From NCBI GenBank assembly GCA_045586595.1, contig JAZNAQ010000011.1, forward strand, positions 4,713 through 68,712: DNA of 64,000 nucleotides, in the 5' to 3' direction. The translations under genes and the position numbers were made by a program. This DNA comes from Eubacteriales bacterium (GTDB taxonomy: Bacteria > Bacillota > Clostridia > Oscillospirales > JAAYXM01). Below the pieces are notes generated by a model, which searched no databases, was not told the DNA's origin, and saw only the letters and a list, made by a program, of their open reading frames with translations. This document shows positions 49,106 through 57,368 of the stretch, piece by piece. Each line of letters starts with the position of its first letter. The first letter of the stretch is position 1.

Positions 49106-50020
49106 ATGAACATAGGGCTAAAAAGCTATGAAGATTTATTTAAGGACGAGAAAGGCAGAAAGACCGAAGAAATTGTGCCTGTTGATATTAAGGACTTAAA
49201 ACCATATACCGAGCAACCGTTTAAGGTTCTTCTTGATAACAGCATGGACGAGCTTTGTGCAAGTATTGAGCAATACGGAATACTCTCTCCCGTAATTGTG
49301 AGATCGCATAAGGACGGTGGATATGAAATCCTGTCGGGACACCGCCGAGTAAAGGCGTGTGAACTTTTGGGCATCGAGGAAGTCCCCGTTGTAGTAAAAG
49401 AACTCGATGACGACACAGCGGCAATACTGCTTGTTGACAGCAACCTGCAAAGAGAAAACATCCTACCCAGCGAAAAAGCCTTTGCTTATAAATTAAAGCT
49501 TGAATCCGTTAAAAGAAAAGCAGGTAGACCGCCAAAAGAAAATTTGGGACAAATTGTCCCAGATTTATCTGGCAAACGTTCGACAGAAATTGTGGGTGAG
49601 CAATATGGAGACAGTTACAAACAAGTCCAACGCTATATACGTTTAACAAATCTTATTGATCCGCTTTTGAATCTTGTGGACAAAAACGAAATGGCAATGA
49701 GTGCAGGGGTTGAGCTTTCATATCTTGGATCAAAGCTTCAGTCGGAGATTTATAAAATCGTCGAGCGTGAACAAACGCCGCCGTCAATCGCCCAAGCAGC
49801 AAAGCTCCGCAAAACCGCCGAGGAAGGAAACCTTGATGAATCTACTCTTGAATTTATCTTGACCGCACAAAAAGAACCGGGGATTAAACTTGTCATCTAT
49901 GAGGACAAGCTCCGTCGCTACTTCCCCAAGAGCTACACCAAGGAGCAAATCGAAGATACTGTTATGAAACTAATTCAGAAGTGGCATAAGAATCGGGGAA
50001 AAGAAAATTCCCGAGGATAA
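49106..50020 (+). CDS. ParB/Sulfiredoxin-domain (ParB-like nuclease/partition) protein
   Basis: 304 aa with the ParB N-terminal motif (QPFKV...GILSPVIVR...GYEILSGHRRVKACELLG). Confidence 0.85.
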   Translation: MNIGLKSYEDLFKDEKGRKTEEIVPVDIKDLKPYTEQPFKVLLDNSMDELCASIEQYGILSPVIVRSHKDGGYEILSGHRRVKACELLGIEEVPVVVKELDDDTAAILLVDSNLQRENILPSEKAFAYKLKLESVKRKAGRPPKENLGQIVPDLSGKRSTEIVGEQYGDSYKQVQRYIRLTNLIDPLLNLVDKNEMAMSAGVELSYLGSKLQSEIYKIVEREQTPPSIAQAAKLRKTAEEGNLDESTLEFILTAQKEPGIKLVIYEDKLRRYFPKSYTKEQIEDTVMKLIQKWHKNRGKENSRG

Positions 50021-50073
50021 AATTTTGAAGAATAGTGGGTATCCAAACTAAAATTAAGACGAAAGGAGCGATG

Positions 50074-50439
50074 AAAATGATTACATACTCAAAGTCAGGC
50101 AACATCTTGCTGCCGAACCTTAAAATCCCGAACTCACCCAAAGAACCCATTGGCATCTACGGCAGAATGAGGCGTGATTATCTCAAAAAGAACCGCCGCA
50201 GCATTTACTCTGCCATGATGCTTAAAGGAACGCTTTTAGACCATCTTGCGGAACTTGATAAAACCTGCCGTGAGGAAGCTAAGCTTCGCATAAAGGCAGA
50301 GGCAGAAAAACAAGGCATTACGGAAGAACTAAAGGCGCAGGATATGCTCAAATGGACAGGACTTATGAACAACATCCAAAACGCGGTTCGGGAGCAAATA
50401 ACGCACGAGTTTGTGTATGCCGAGGAGGGACTGATGTGA
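50074..50439 (+). CDS. tnpV: TnpV-family transposon-associated protein
   Basis: IGIYGRMRRDYLKKNRR...LLDHLAELDKTC...EELKAQDMLKWTGLMNNI matches the TnpV pattern of Tn4451-like elements as I recall it. The start is ATG at 50074 or 50080, after AAAGGAG. Confidence 0.75.
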   Translation, partial: KMITYSKSGNILLPNLKIPNSPKEPIGIYGRMRRDYLKKNRRSIYSAMMLKGTLLDHLAELDKTCREEAKLRIKAEAEKQGITEELKAQDMLKWTGLMNNIQNAVREQITHEFVYAEEGLM

Positions 50440-50996
50440 AAAAACTCTTTGCGTTGATTATTGCATTAACCTTTTCAACAACGACATATGCCGCCGGCAT
50501 TCCTCACGAATCGCTACCATCTAACGCCACCTTTGAGTGTATGAAATATACCGAAACACTCATTGGCGATATTTTAGATCGAGTACAAAACGGGCTCGGG
50601 TATTCCGATGCACTTGTGGAATCACGACGGAGATTCTTTCCGCTTGTAATAAGCGGTCGGTCAAGAGGATACAGTTTTTCTAACTTGAGCGAAGTTGCAA
50701 GCAACGCAATATTTCAATATCGGGATATGCATCTGCGACCGGAGTTTTATGCGACAAACGAGCCTAAAGTGCGACAGATAATATCGGATGTGCTGGATGC
50801 GGTAAGGTGCGGTAAAATAAGTTATGCCGAGGCTGAAAAGAGAGCCTATGAAAAGATATACCAATCGGTCGATGCAAGCTTTAACTACGACCGAGAGTTT
50901 GCAAAGGATACCTGCTATCGCAATATACCCTCGGTGGATAACAGTTTGTTCACCATCGCGCGAAGGTTAATATTAGAGGTAACGCCTGTCAGATGA
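50436..50996 (+). CDS. Hypothetical secreted protein
   Basis: The GTG at 50436 overlaps the tnpV stop (ATGTGA) and follows a GAGGAGGG SD. Signal peptide KKLFALIIALTFSTTTYAAG. Confidence 0.5.
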   Translation: MKKLFALIIALTFSTTTYAAGIPHESLPSNATFECMKYTETLIGDILDRVQNGLGYSDALVESRRRFFPLVISGRSRGYSFSNLSEVASNAIFQYRDMHLRPEFYATNEPKVRQIISDVLDAVRCGKISYAEAEKRAYEKIYQSVDASFNYDREFAKDTCYRNIPSVDNSLFTIARRLILEVTPVR

Positions 50997-51016
50997 CGGG
51001 CGTTATTGTTATATGT

Positions 51017-51121
51017 GGCAAGCATAGCATTTGTACAGACAAATGCATTAGCAAGCACGGCATTTTGACAACCAAAAAGCCAATAATGAAAATTTGTTTT
51101 AGCAAGCACGGAAATTTGACA
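51017..51121 (+). repeat. Three iteron-like direct repeats (consensus about TTAGCAAGCACGGnAnTTTGACA)
   Basis: The copies are GGCAAGCATAGCATTTGTACA (51017-51037), TTAGCAAGCACGGCATTTTGACA (51048-51070) and TTAGCAAGCACGGAAATTTGACA (51099-51121). Confidence 0.7.
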
Positions 51122-51136
51122 TCAAATTTTCCATTC

Positions 51137-51154
51137 TTAGGGGCAAGCCCCTAA
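51137..51154. repeat. Perfect 8-bp inverted repeat (TTAGGGGC-AA-GCCCCTAA); candidate oriT or operator hairpin
   Basis: Read directly from the sequence. Lies 30 nt upstream of the first MobC-like gene. Confidence 0.6.
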
Positions 51155-51185
51155 TACCCCAATTAAATTTTAAGGAGACGATATT

Positions 51186-51518
51186 ATGAGAACAAGAAAA
51201 CATCAATTCACATTACGCTTAAACGAGAAAGAAGACAAGGCTCTGATTCGCCTTGTCAAAAAGGCAGGGACAAACCGAAGCGCAGTGATTCGACAGCTAA
51301 TTATGGACTGCAGAGTCAAGCAAAGGCCCGAGGAAATCTTTGAAGAAATGACAGAGCGAATAAAGGTACATCGTTTGGAGATGGATGAGATTGCAAAGGA
51401 GTGCACTCTCACTCGAACGATAACGGAAGAACAACTCAACCGCATAGGCGAGCTGCAACTGAAAGTTAAAGCCATTATCGAAGAATACGAGGATTGCTTT
51501 GTGGACGACGAGCAATAG
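51186..51518 (+). CDS. MobC-like ribbon-helix-helix relaxosome accessory protein
   Basis: 110 aa. RKHQFTLRLNEKEDKALIRLVKKAGTNRSAVIRQLI is an RHH/MobC signature. AAGGAG SD. Confidence 0.7.
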   Translation: MRTRKHQFTLRLNEKEDKALIRLVKKAGTNRSAVIRQLIMDCRVKQRPEEIFEEMTERIKVHRLEMDEIAKECTLTRTITEEQLNRIGELQLKVKAIIEEYEDCFVDDEQ

Positions 51519-51529
51519 CAGGTGATTCT

Positions 51530-51832
51530 ATGAGTAACAGAAAATTTATAGTCAGATTAAACGACGAGGAACGGGCAAAACTCAATAGCCTCACCGAGAA
51601 AACATTACTCACTCAAAAAGGAATCATCCGCAATATCCTTTTGGGTTATAAATTGCCCACCAAAGTGCCGGATTCCTATACCAACTTTATGCGCCATATC
51701 AACAGCCTGTCTTATTACATATTCAAACTCAAAGTCCAAGCTGATAAAAACGACTCACGCCAACTTGCCAAAATCGAAGAACTCGACCGCAATATAGAAG
51801 AAATAATGAAACTGGCACTATCGTTTATCTAA
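51530..51832 (+). CDS. Second MobC-like ribbon-helix-helix protein
   Basis: RKFIVRLNDEERAKLNSLTEKTLLTQKGIIRNIL parallels the preceding gene. ATG at 51530 follows AGGTGA. Confidence 0.6.
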   Translation: MSNRKFIVRLNDEERAKLNSLTEKTLLTQKGIIRNILLGYKLPTKVPDSYTNFMRHINSLSYYIFKLKVQADKNDSRQLAKIEELDRNIEEIMKLALSFI

Positions 51833-51838
51833 CACACA

Positions 51839-51876
51839 GGGAGAGGAGTTATCCAAACGCCTCTCCCTACTTTTTT
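51839..51876 (+). terminator. Terminator after the MobC-like genes
   Basis: GGGAGAGG (51839-51846) pairs with CCTCTCCC (51860-51867), followed by TAC-TTTTTT. Confidence 0.7.
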
Positions 51877-51920
51877 GTATTTATATATACGATAAAAATG
51901 TCGATACACCGACAATTTTA

Positions 51921-51950
51921 TTGACTTTTCGACATCAGAAGTGGTATAAT
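51921..51950 (+). promoter_or_regulatory. Sigma-A-type promoter for the XRE gene and probably the downstream operon
   Basis: TTGACT (51921-51926), an 18-nt spacer, then TG-extended TATAAT (51945-51950). The inverted repeat ATGTCGA (51898-51904) / TCGACAT (51929-51935) brackets the -35. Confidence 0.6.
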
Positions 51951-52000
51951 TCATAGTAAGTTATTGTTTAAATTTTACCGTTTTGAAAGGATGAAACAAA

Positions 52001-52204
52001 ATGGCAGTTACTTATAATAAACTCTGGCATTTGCTGATCGACAGAGGTATGAAAAAGAAAGACCTGCAAGAGGCTGCAGGTCTCACAAACCACACAATGC
52101 TCAAACTCCGCAAAGACCAGGATATCACCACCGAAACCATCGGCAAGATATGCAAAGCTCTCGGTTGCACAATGGACGATATCATGGAGTTTTATGAAAG
52201 ATGA
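52001..52204 (+). CDS. XRE-family helix-turn-helix transcriptional regulator
   Basis: 67 aa. LIDRGMKKKDLQEAAGLTNHTMLKLRKDQDITTETIGKICKALGCTMDDIMEF is a Cro/CI-type HTH. AAAGGA SD. Confidence 0.88.
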   Translation: MAVTYNKLWHLLIDRGMKKKDLQEAAGLTNHTMLKLRKDQDITTETIGKICKALGCTMDDIMEFYER

Positions 52205-52261
52205 ATCACTGTACGGTTTATTGTGCAGTTATTATGAGATAATCATGCTGGAGATGTGCAC

Positions 52262-55200
52262 ATGGAAATAATTGATAATATAAATAAAAAGCTTAAAGAT
52301 GATTTGAAAATTGAAATAAAAGATGGAAGTAAGTTGGCGATTGCCGCTGCTTGCTTTTCTATCTATGCCTTTCAAGAGTTAAAAGAAGAACTCAAGAGCA
52401 TCGATGAATTACGTTTCATATTCACCTCCCCTACTTTCACAACGGAAAAAGCTAAAAAAGAAAAACGCGAATTTTATATACCTCGCCTTAACAGAGAACG
52501 TAGCCTTTATGGAACGGAATTTGAAGTAAAGCTTCGCAATGAGCTTACACAGAAAGCTATAGCCAAAGAGTGTGCTGAGTGGATTCGCGATAAGGTTACA
52601 TTCAAATCAAACATCACTAACGAAAATATGATGGGATTCATCAATGTTAATGATAAAAACTATATGCCGGTCACTGGCTTTACTACCGTTGACTTAGGTT
52701 GCGAACGAGGAAACAATGCATACAACTTTGTGCAGAAAACCGAATCTCCTTTTTCGACCACCTACATAGAGTTGTTTGAAAGCCTTTGGAATGATAAAAC
52801 GAAGCTTCAGGAAGTCACTGACGAAGTTATCGAAAACATCACGACGGCATATAACGAAAATTCTCCTGATTTCATTTACTTCGTTACTCTCTATAACATC
52901 TTCAATGAATTTCTTGAGGATATATCCGAAGACGTACTCCCCAACGAAGGAACAGGTTTCAAAGACAGCAAAATCTGGAATATGCTTTATAACTTCCAGA
53001 AGGATGCAGTTCTTGCAATTATAAATAAGCTTGAGAAATTCAACGGGTGCATTCTTGCTGATTCCGTTGGTCTCGGTAAGACATTTACAGCCCTTGCAGT
53101 AATCAAATATTACGAGTCCAGAAACAAGAGCGTTCTCGTACTTTGTCCGAAGAAACTCGCTAATAACTGGAATACATATAGGGACAACTATGTCAATAAC
53201 CCGATAGCAGAAGACCGCTTAAACTATAAAGTTCTCTACCATACTGACCTCGGTCGTGATCACGGCGAATCTAACGGAACGGATTTATCTCGTCTTCGTT
53301 GGGATACATACGATCTTGTTGTAATAGACGAATCGCACAATTTCCGTAATGGTGGAAAGCTTTCAGGTGAAGATAACGAAAAAGAAAACCGTTACCTGCG
53401 CCTTCTTAATCAAGTTATCAAAAAAGGCGTTAAGACGAAAGTTCTTATGCTTTCGGCAACACCTGTAAACAACCGTTTTAACGACCTTAAAAACCAGATA
53501 GCTCTTGCTTACGAAGGTAATTCTGATCTTATTGATGATAAATTGAATACATCTCGCTCCATAAATGAAATTTTCAGAAATGCACAGCGTGCATTCAATA
53601 TGTGGAGCGAGTGGAAACCTCAGGAGCGAACAACTGAGAAACTTCTCAAGATGCTTGATTTTGACTTCTTTGAGGTTCTCGATTCTGTTACGATTGCTCG
53701 TTCGAGAAAGCATATCAAGAAATATTATGACACCACAGATATCGGCACTTTCCCGACTCGTCTAACTCCGATTTCAAAACGGCCGCAGTTGACTGACCTT
53801 TCGGATGCAATTACTTACAACGAAATCTTCGAACATCTGATGATGCTTACATTGTCAATTTATACTCCGACGCATTATATTCTTTCAAGCAAGATTAAAA
53901 AATACGAAGAATTATACGATGATAAAAAAGTAAGCGTCGGCCTTACCCAGGCGAACCGTGAGCAAGGTATTCGACGTCTTACTGCAATCAATTTGATGAA
54001 GCGAATGGAAAGCTCTGTCTATTCGTTTAATCTCACAATGACAAGAATCAAGGACTTCATCAGCAAGACTATTGATAAAATAGATGCTTATGACCGCCAT
54101 GCTTCTGAGGTTCTTGAGTTAACAGACATTACCGATATTGAAGAATTCGACAGCGAAGACCAGAATGATGATCTTTTCTCGTTCGGTAAAAAAGTCAAAA
54201 TCGACCTTGCGGATATGGACTATGTCTCCTGGCGTGAATCACTTGTTAAGGATAAAGAAGTTCTCGAGCTTCTCACACTAATGGTTAACGATATCACTGC
54301 CGAGCATGATAGCAAGCTCCAGGAACTGTTATATATCCTCGCAAATAAGGTTAACAACCCCATCAACGAAGACAATAAGAAAATCATTATCTTCACCGCA
54401 TTCGCGGATACTGCACGCTATCTCTACGATAACGTAAGCGACTACATGAAGAAAAACTTCGGCTTGAATACAGCTATGATAACCGGCACGGTAGATGGTA
54501 AATCAACCGTAGCGGGACTTCGTAATGACCTTAATACAGTTCTTACCTGTTTCTCGCCAAAGTCGAAGGAGAGAGATTTGTTTGACTCTATTCCTAAGGT
54601 GGATATCGATATCCTCATTGCAACTGACTGTATTTCCGAAGGTCAGAACTTGCAGGACTGCGATTATCTCATCAACTATGATATCCACTGGAACCCCGTG
54701 CGCATCATTCAGCGTTTCGGGCGAATCGACCGTATTGGAAGCACGAACAGCGTTATCCAGCTTGTAAACTTCTGGCCGAATATTACGCTCGATGAGTACA
54801 TCGACCTCAAGGCGAAAGTCGAAACACGAATGAAGATTGTCGATATGACGGCTACGGGCGACGACAACATCATCAGTGAAGAGGAAAAGACTGACCTCGA
54901 ATACCGTAAAGCACAACTCAAGAAATTGCAGGAAGAAGTCGTCGATATTGAAGAAATGTCAACCGGAATTTCGATTATGGATTTAGGACTAAACGAATTC
55001 CGCCTGGACCTTCTTGATTATATAAAGACGCATCCGCACATCGAAAAAACGCCGTTCGGCTTGCACACAGTCACCGCCGCAACGGACGATATGCCGGCAG
55101 GTGTTATCTACGTGCTTAAAAATCGTACAAACAGCGTGAATATAGACAGTCAGAACAGACTTCACCCGTTCTACATGGTCTATATCAGCAATGACGGAGA

Positions 55201-55873
55201 GGTTGTATGTGACCATCTCTCGCCTAAAGCGTTGCTTGATAAGGTTCGCTTCTTGTGCAAGGGTAAAACAGAACCAATTCCGGAATTATACAAAGAATTT
55301 AACAAAGAGACCAACGACGGAAAGAACATGACGGGGCTGTCAAAACTTCTTGGTGATGCCATTGCATCTATTATCGAAGTTAAGGAAGAAAGCGATATCA
55401 ACAGCTTCCTTTCTGGTGGTCAGGTAAGCTTCTTATCGAATGAAACAAAGGGACTGGACGACTTCGAGCTCATTTGCTTTATCGTTGTAAGAGATACAGA
55501 GTTGAAGCCTGCTACAGCGCGAGATTTCCGTGTAGTTGTTGCCGGAAGTAGAAACTTTAACGATTATAACCGCTTGTCAGATGCCCTTGATAAATACCTT
55601 GCCGATAAGGACAATGTAACAATAGTCAGCGGCACTGCACGCGGCGCCGACAGAATGGGAGAGCGCTATGCCGCAGAGCATGGACTCAAAATTGAGCAAT
55701 TCCCTGCAGAATGGGGTAAGTATCATAAAGGCGCAGGACCGATAAGGAATATGCAGATGGTACAAAGCGCCGATGCAGTAGTTGCATTCTGGGATAATGA
55801 ATCAACCGGAACAAAGCACATCATTGACTGCGCAAGACAAGAAAATATTCCCTGTAAGGTAATCAGTATTTAA
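52262..55873 (+). CDS. SNF2-family helicase with an unassigned ~250-aa N-terminal region and a C-terminal SLOG (DUF2493/YspA-like) domain
   Basis: SNF2 motifs LADSVGLGKTFTA, DLVVIDESHNFRN, LMLSATPVNN and GQNLQDCDYLINYDIHWNPVRIIQRFGRIDRIGS. The last 118 aa (nt 55517-55870) read FRVVVAGSRNF...VSGTARGADRMGERYA...GAGPIRNMQMV..ADAVVAFWDNESTGTKHII, a DUF2493-type SLOG pattern. ATG at 52262 lies 9 nt after GGAG. Confidence 0.85.
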   Translation: MEIIDNINKKLKDDLKIEIKDGSKLAIAAACFSIYAFQELKEELKSIDELRFIFTSPTFTTEKAKKEKREFYIPRLNRERSLYGTEFEVKLRNELTQKAIAKECAEWIRDKVTFKSNITNENMMGFINVNDKNYMPVTGFTTVDLGCERGNNAYNFVQKTESPFSTTYIELFESLWNDKTKLQEVTDEVIENITTAYNENSPDFIYFVTLYNIFNEFLEDISEDVLPNEGTGFKDSKIWNMLYNFQKDAVLAIINKLEKFNGCILADSVGLGKTFTALAVIKYYESRNKSVLVLCPKKLANNWNTYRDNYVNNPIAEDRLNYKVLYHTDLGRDHGESNGTDLSRLRWDTYDLVVIDESHNFRNGGKLSGEDNEKENRYLRLLNQVIKKGVKTKVLMLSATPVNNRFNDLKNQIALAYEGNSDLIDDKLNTSRSINEIFRNAQRAFNMWSEWKPQERTTEKLLKMLDFDFFEVLDSVTIARSRKHIKKYYDTTDIGTFPTRLTPISKRPQLTDLSDAITYNEIFEHLMMLTLSIYTPTHYILSSKIKKYEELYDDKKVSVGLTQANREQGIRRLTAINLMKRMESSVYSFNLTMTRIKDFISKTIDKIDAYDRHASEVLELTDITDIEEFDSEDQNDDLFSFGKKVKIDLADMDYVSWRESLVKDKEVLELLTLMVNDITAEHDSKLQELLYILANKVNNPINEDNKKIIIFTAFADTARYLYDNVSDYMKKNFGLNTAMITGTVDGKSTVAGLRNDLNTVLTCFSPKSKERDLFDSIPKVDIDILIATDCISEGQNLQDCDYLINYDIHWNPVRIIQRFGRIDRIGSTNSVIQLVNFWPNITLDEYIDLKAKVETRMKIVDMTATGDDNIISEEEKTDLEYRKAQLKKLQEEVVDIEEMSTGISIMDLGLNEFRLDLLDYIKTHPHIEKTPFGLHTVTAATDDMPAGVIYVLKNRTNSVNIDSQNRLHPFYMVYISNDGEVVCDHLSPKALLDKVRFLCKGKTEPIPELYKEFNKETNDGKNMTGLSKLLGDAIASIIEVKEESDINSFLSGGQVSFLSNETKGLDDFELICFIVVRDTELKPATARDFRVVVAGSRNFNDYNRLSDALDKYLADKDNVTIVSGTARGADRMGERYAAEHGLKIEQFPAEWGKYHKGAGPIRNMQMVQSADAVVAFWDNESTGTKHIIDCARQENIPCKVISI

Positions 55874-55891
55874 GAATGAGGAGGTGATATT

Positions 55892-56497
55892 TTGCTAAGT
55901 TTACCGAAATCCACAGAACTTAAAAAGCAACTTCCTAAAAATGCGATATATGCAAAGTTTAATATGAACAACGCACAAAAGGAAAGGTTCGATGCAGATA
56001 TTTCAAGGATAAATATCATAGCAGAAATATCACCATCCACTACTAACATCGCAAAGGGCGAAACTGTATCGTCTATTTACATCGTTCAGGTTATGCTCAA
56101 GCGCAAAGAATTTGATGAAAGAACCATAATTCAGCTTTCAAAGCTAATTGACCAGAATATGATTCTCGCTTTAGAGTTTGAGAATATGACAAAACTTGCC
56201 ATATATCACACCAAACTACTTCAAAGTGAATGGTGCGACAAGGAAGATGCAAAGATAGAACTCAAAGGTCTCAACCTCGACAAAGTATGGGAGAGCATCA
56301 TAAAACAAATCGGTGATATCGAAGTTTCGGAAGGTCTATCGCTTGATGAACAGATTTCACAAAACGAAGAAAGAGCAAAACTCGAAAAAGAAATAGCACG
56401 GCTTGAAAAACAAGCTCGTGCAGAAAAGCAGCCAAAGAAGAAATTCGAACTGGTGCAAAAGATAAATGAGTTGCGAAATATACAACGTGAGGGATAG
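55892..56497 (+). CDS. DUF4391 domain protein
   Basis: 201 aa. The N-terminus LPKSTELKKQLPKNAIYAKF..., followed by ISPSTTNIAKGETV, matches my recollection of DUF4391 proteins encoded next to SNF2 helicases and methyltransferases. TTG start after GAGGAGGTGA. Confidence 0.65.
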   Translation: MLSLPKSTELKKQLPKNAIYAKFNMNNAQKERFDADISRINIIAEISPSTTNIAKGETVSSIYIVQVMLKRKEFDERTIIQLSKLIDQNMILALEFENMTKLAIYHTKLLQSEWCDKEDAKIELKGLNLDKVWESIIKQIGDIEVSEGLSLDEQISQNEERAKLEKEIARLEKQARAEKQPKKKFELVQKINELRNIQREG

Positions 56498-56502
56498 TTT
56501 AA

Positions 56503-57357
56503 ATGGCAAGAAAAAATATTTTTCAGTTAGTAGAAGAAAATTACGATATACAAGATGAAATAAGGAAAATAAATAAACTTTTCGCTGAAGAGGATTATTT
56601 TGAGAACAATGACAATTATTATACTTTACAAAGATTAATGCGATACTACTTATTTCCGAATTGGAAATATCGCGGAACATGTCTTACCATAGAAGAATTT
56701 TTCGAACGTGTTGATGCAACTATACCAAATATGAATCGCATAAGAGAAGCCCAAATCATTAATAACTTGGAAGTTATGGAAAACTTCGTTAAATTATATT
56801 TTGATAACAGCGAAAAGTTATACGAACAAAATAAAATTCAATATTATCGAGATTTTAAATCGGTATTCTGTGAATTGATCAATACTCTCGAAAAAAGAAT
56901 GGGGCTTACCACTCGCGAATACAAAGATAAAGTCATTCTGTATCCTAAAAATGCACCGCTCGAAAAAGTTATCGATTTATGTGATGATGAGGATGTTCAG
57001 TGGGAACTTATACGATATGTAAGAGAAGATTTATCGCTAACTGAAAAAAGAAAATCTCTTGCCTTTCTTGCCACTAATCTCTACATTGAGGAAGATCGAA
57101 CCGAGAAAAATGAACACATTAAAGAGCTTGTAAAAAAAGCAGGCAACATTCTCAACAACCTACATATCCGTCATAATAATAAGACAGGAAAATGGGAAAA
57201 CAAGGCACTTGACGCACTTGATAAAAAAGATGCTATTTCTTTATGCAACATGGTATACAACGAAATGCTCACAATTGTCTTATTGAGAGAACACAAGGAA
57301 TATGAGAAGGTATACAAAGAGTTTAATAAAAAACAAAAGGAAGCACGAGCTAAATAG
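56503..57357 (+). CDS. Hypothetical protein (284 aa, predicted all-alpha, no recognisable family)
   Basis: Long ORF on the operon strand, 5 nt after the DUF4391 stop. GAGGGA SD. Rich in K/E/N/Y. Confidence 0.6.
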   Translation: MARKNIFQLVEENYDIQDEIRKINKLFAEEDYFENNDNYYTLQRLMRYYLFPNWKYRGTCLTIEEFFERVDATIPNMNRIREAQIINNLEVMENFVKLYFDNSEKLYEQNKIQYYRDFKSVFCELINTLEKRMGLTTREYKDKVILYPKNAPLEKVIDLCDDEDVQWELIRYVREDLSLTEKRKSLAFLATNLYIEEDRTEKNEHIKELVKKAGNILNNLHIRHNNKTGKWENKALDALDKKDAISLCNMVYNEMLTIVLLREHKEYEKVYKEFNKKQKEARAK

Positions 57358-57368
57358 TAGGAGACCAC

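Noticed and set aside
56503-57357. The LNNLHIRHNN stretch in the 284-aa protein as a second HEPN motif
   Set aside because: The Arg and His are adjacent (R-H) rather than in Rx4-6H spacing, and I cannot recognise the surrounding HEPN helix pattern. The protein is left unassigned.
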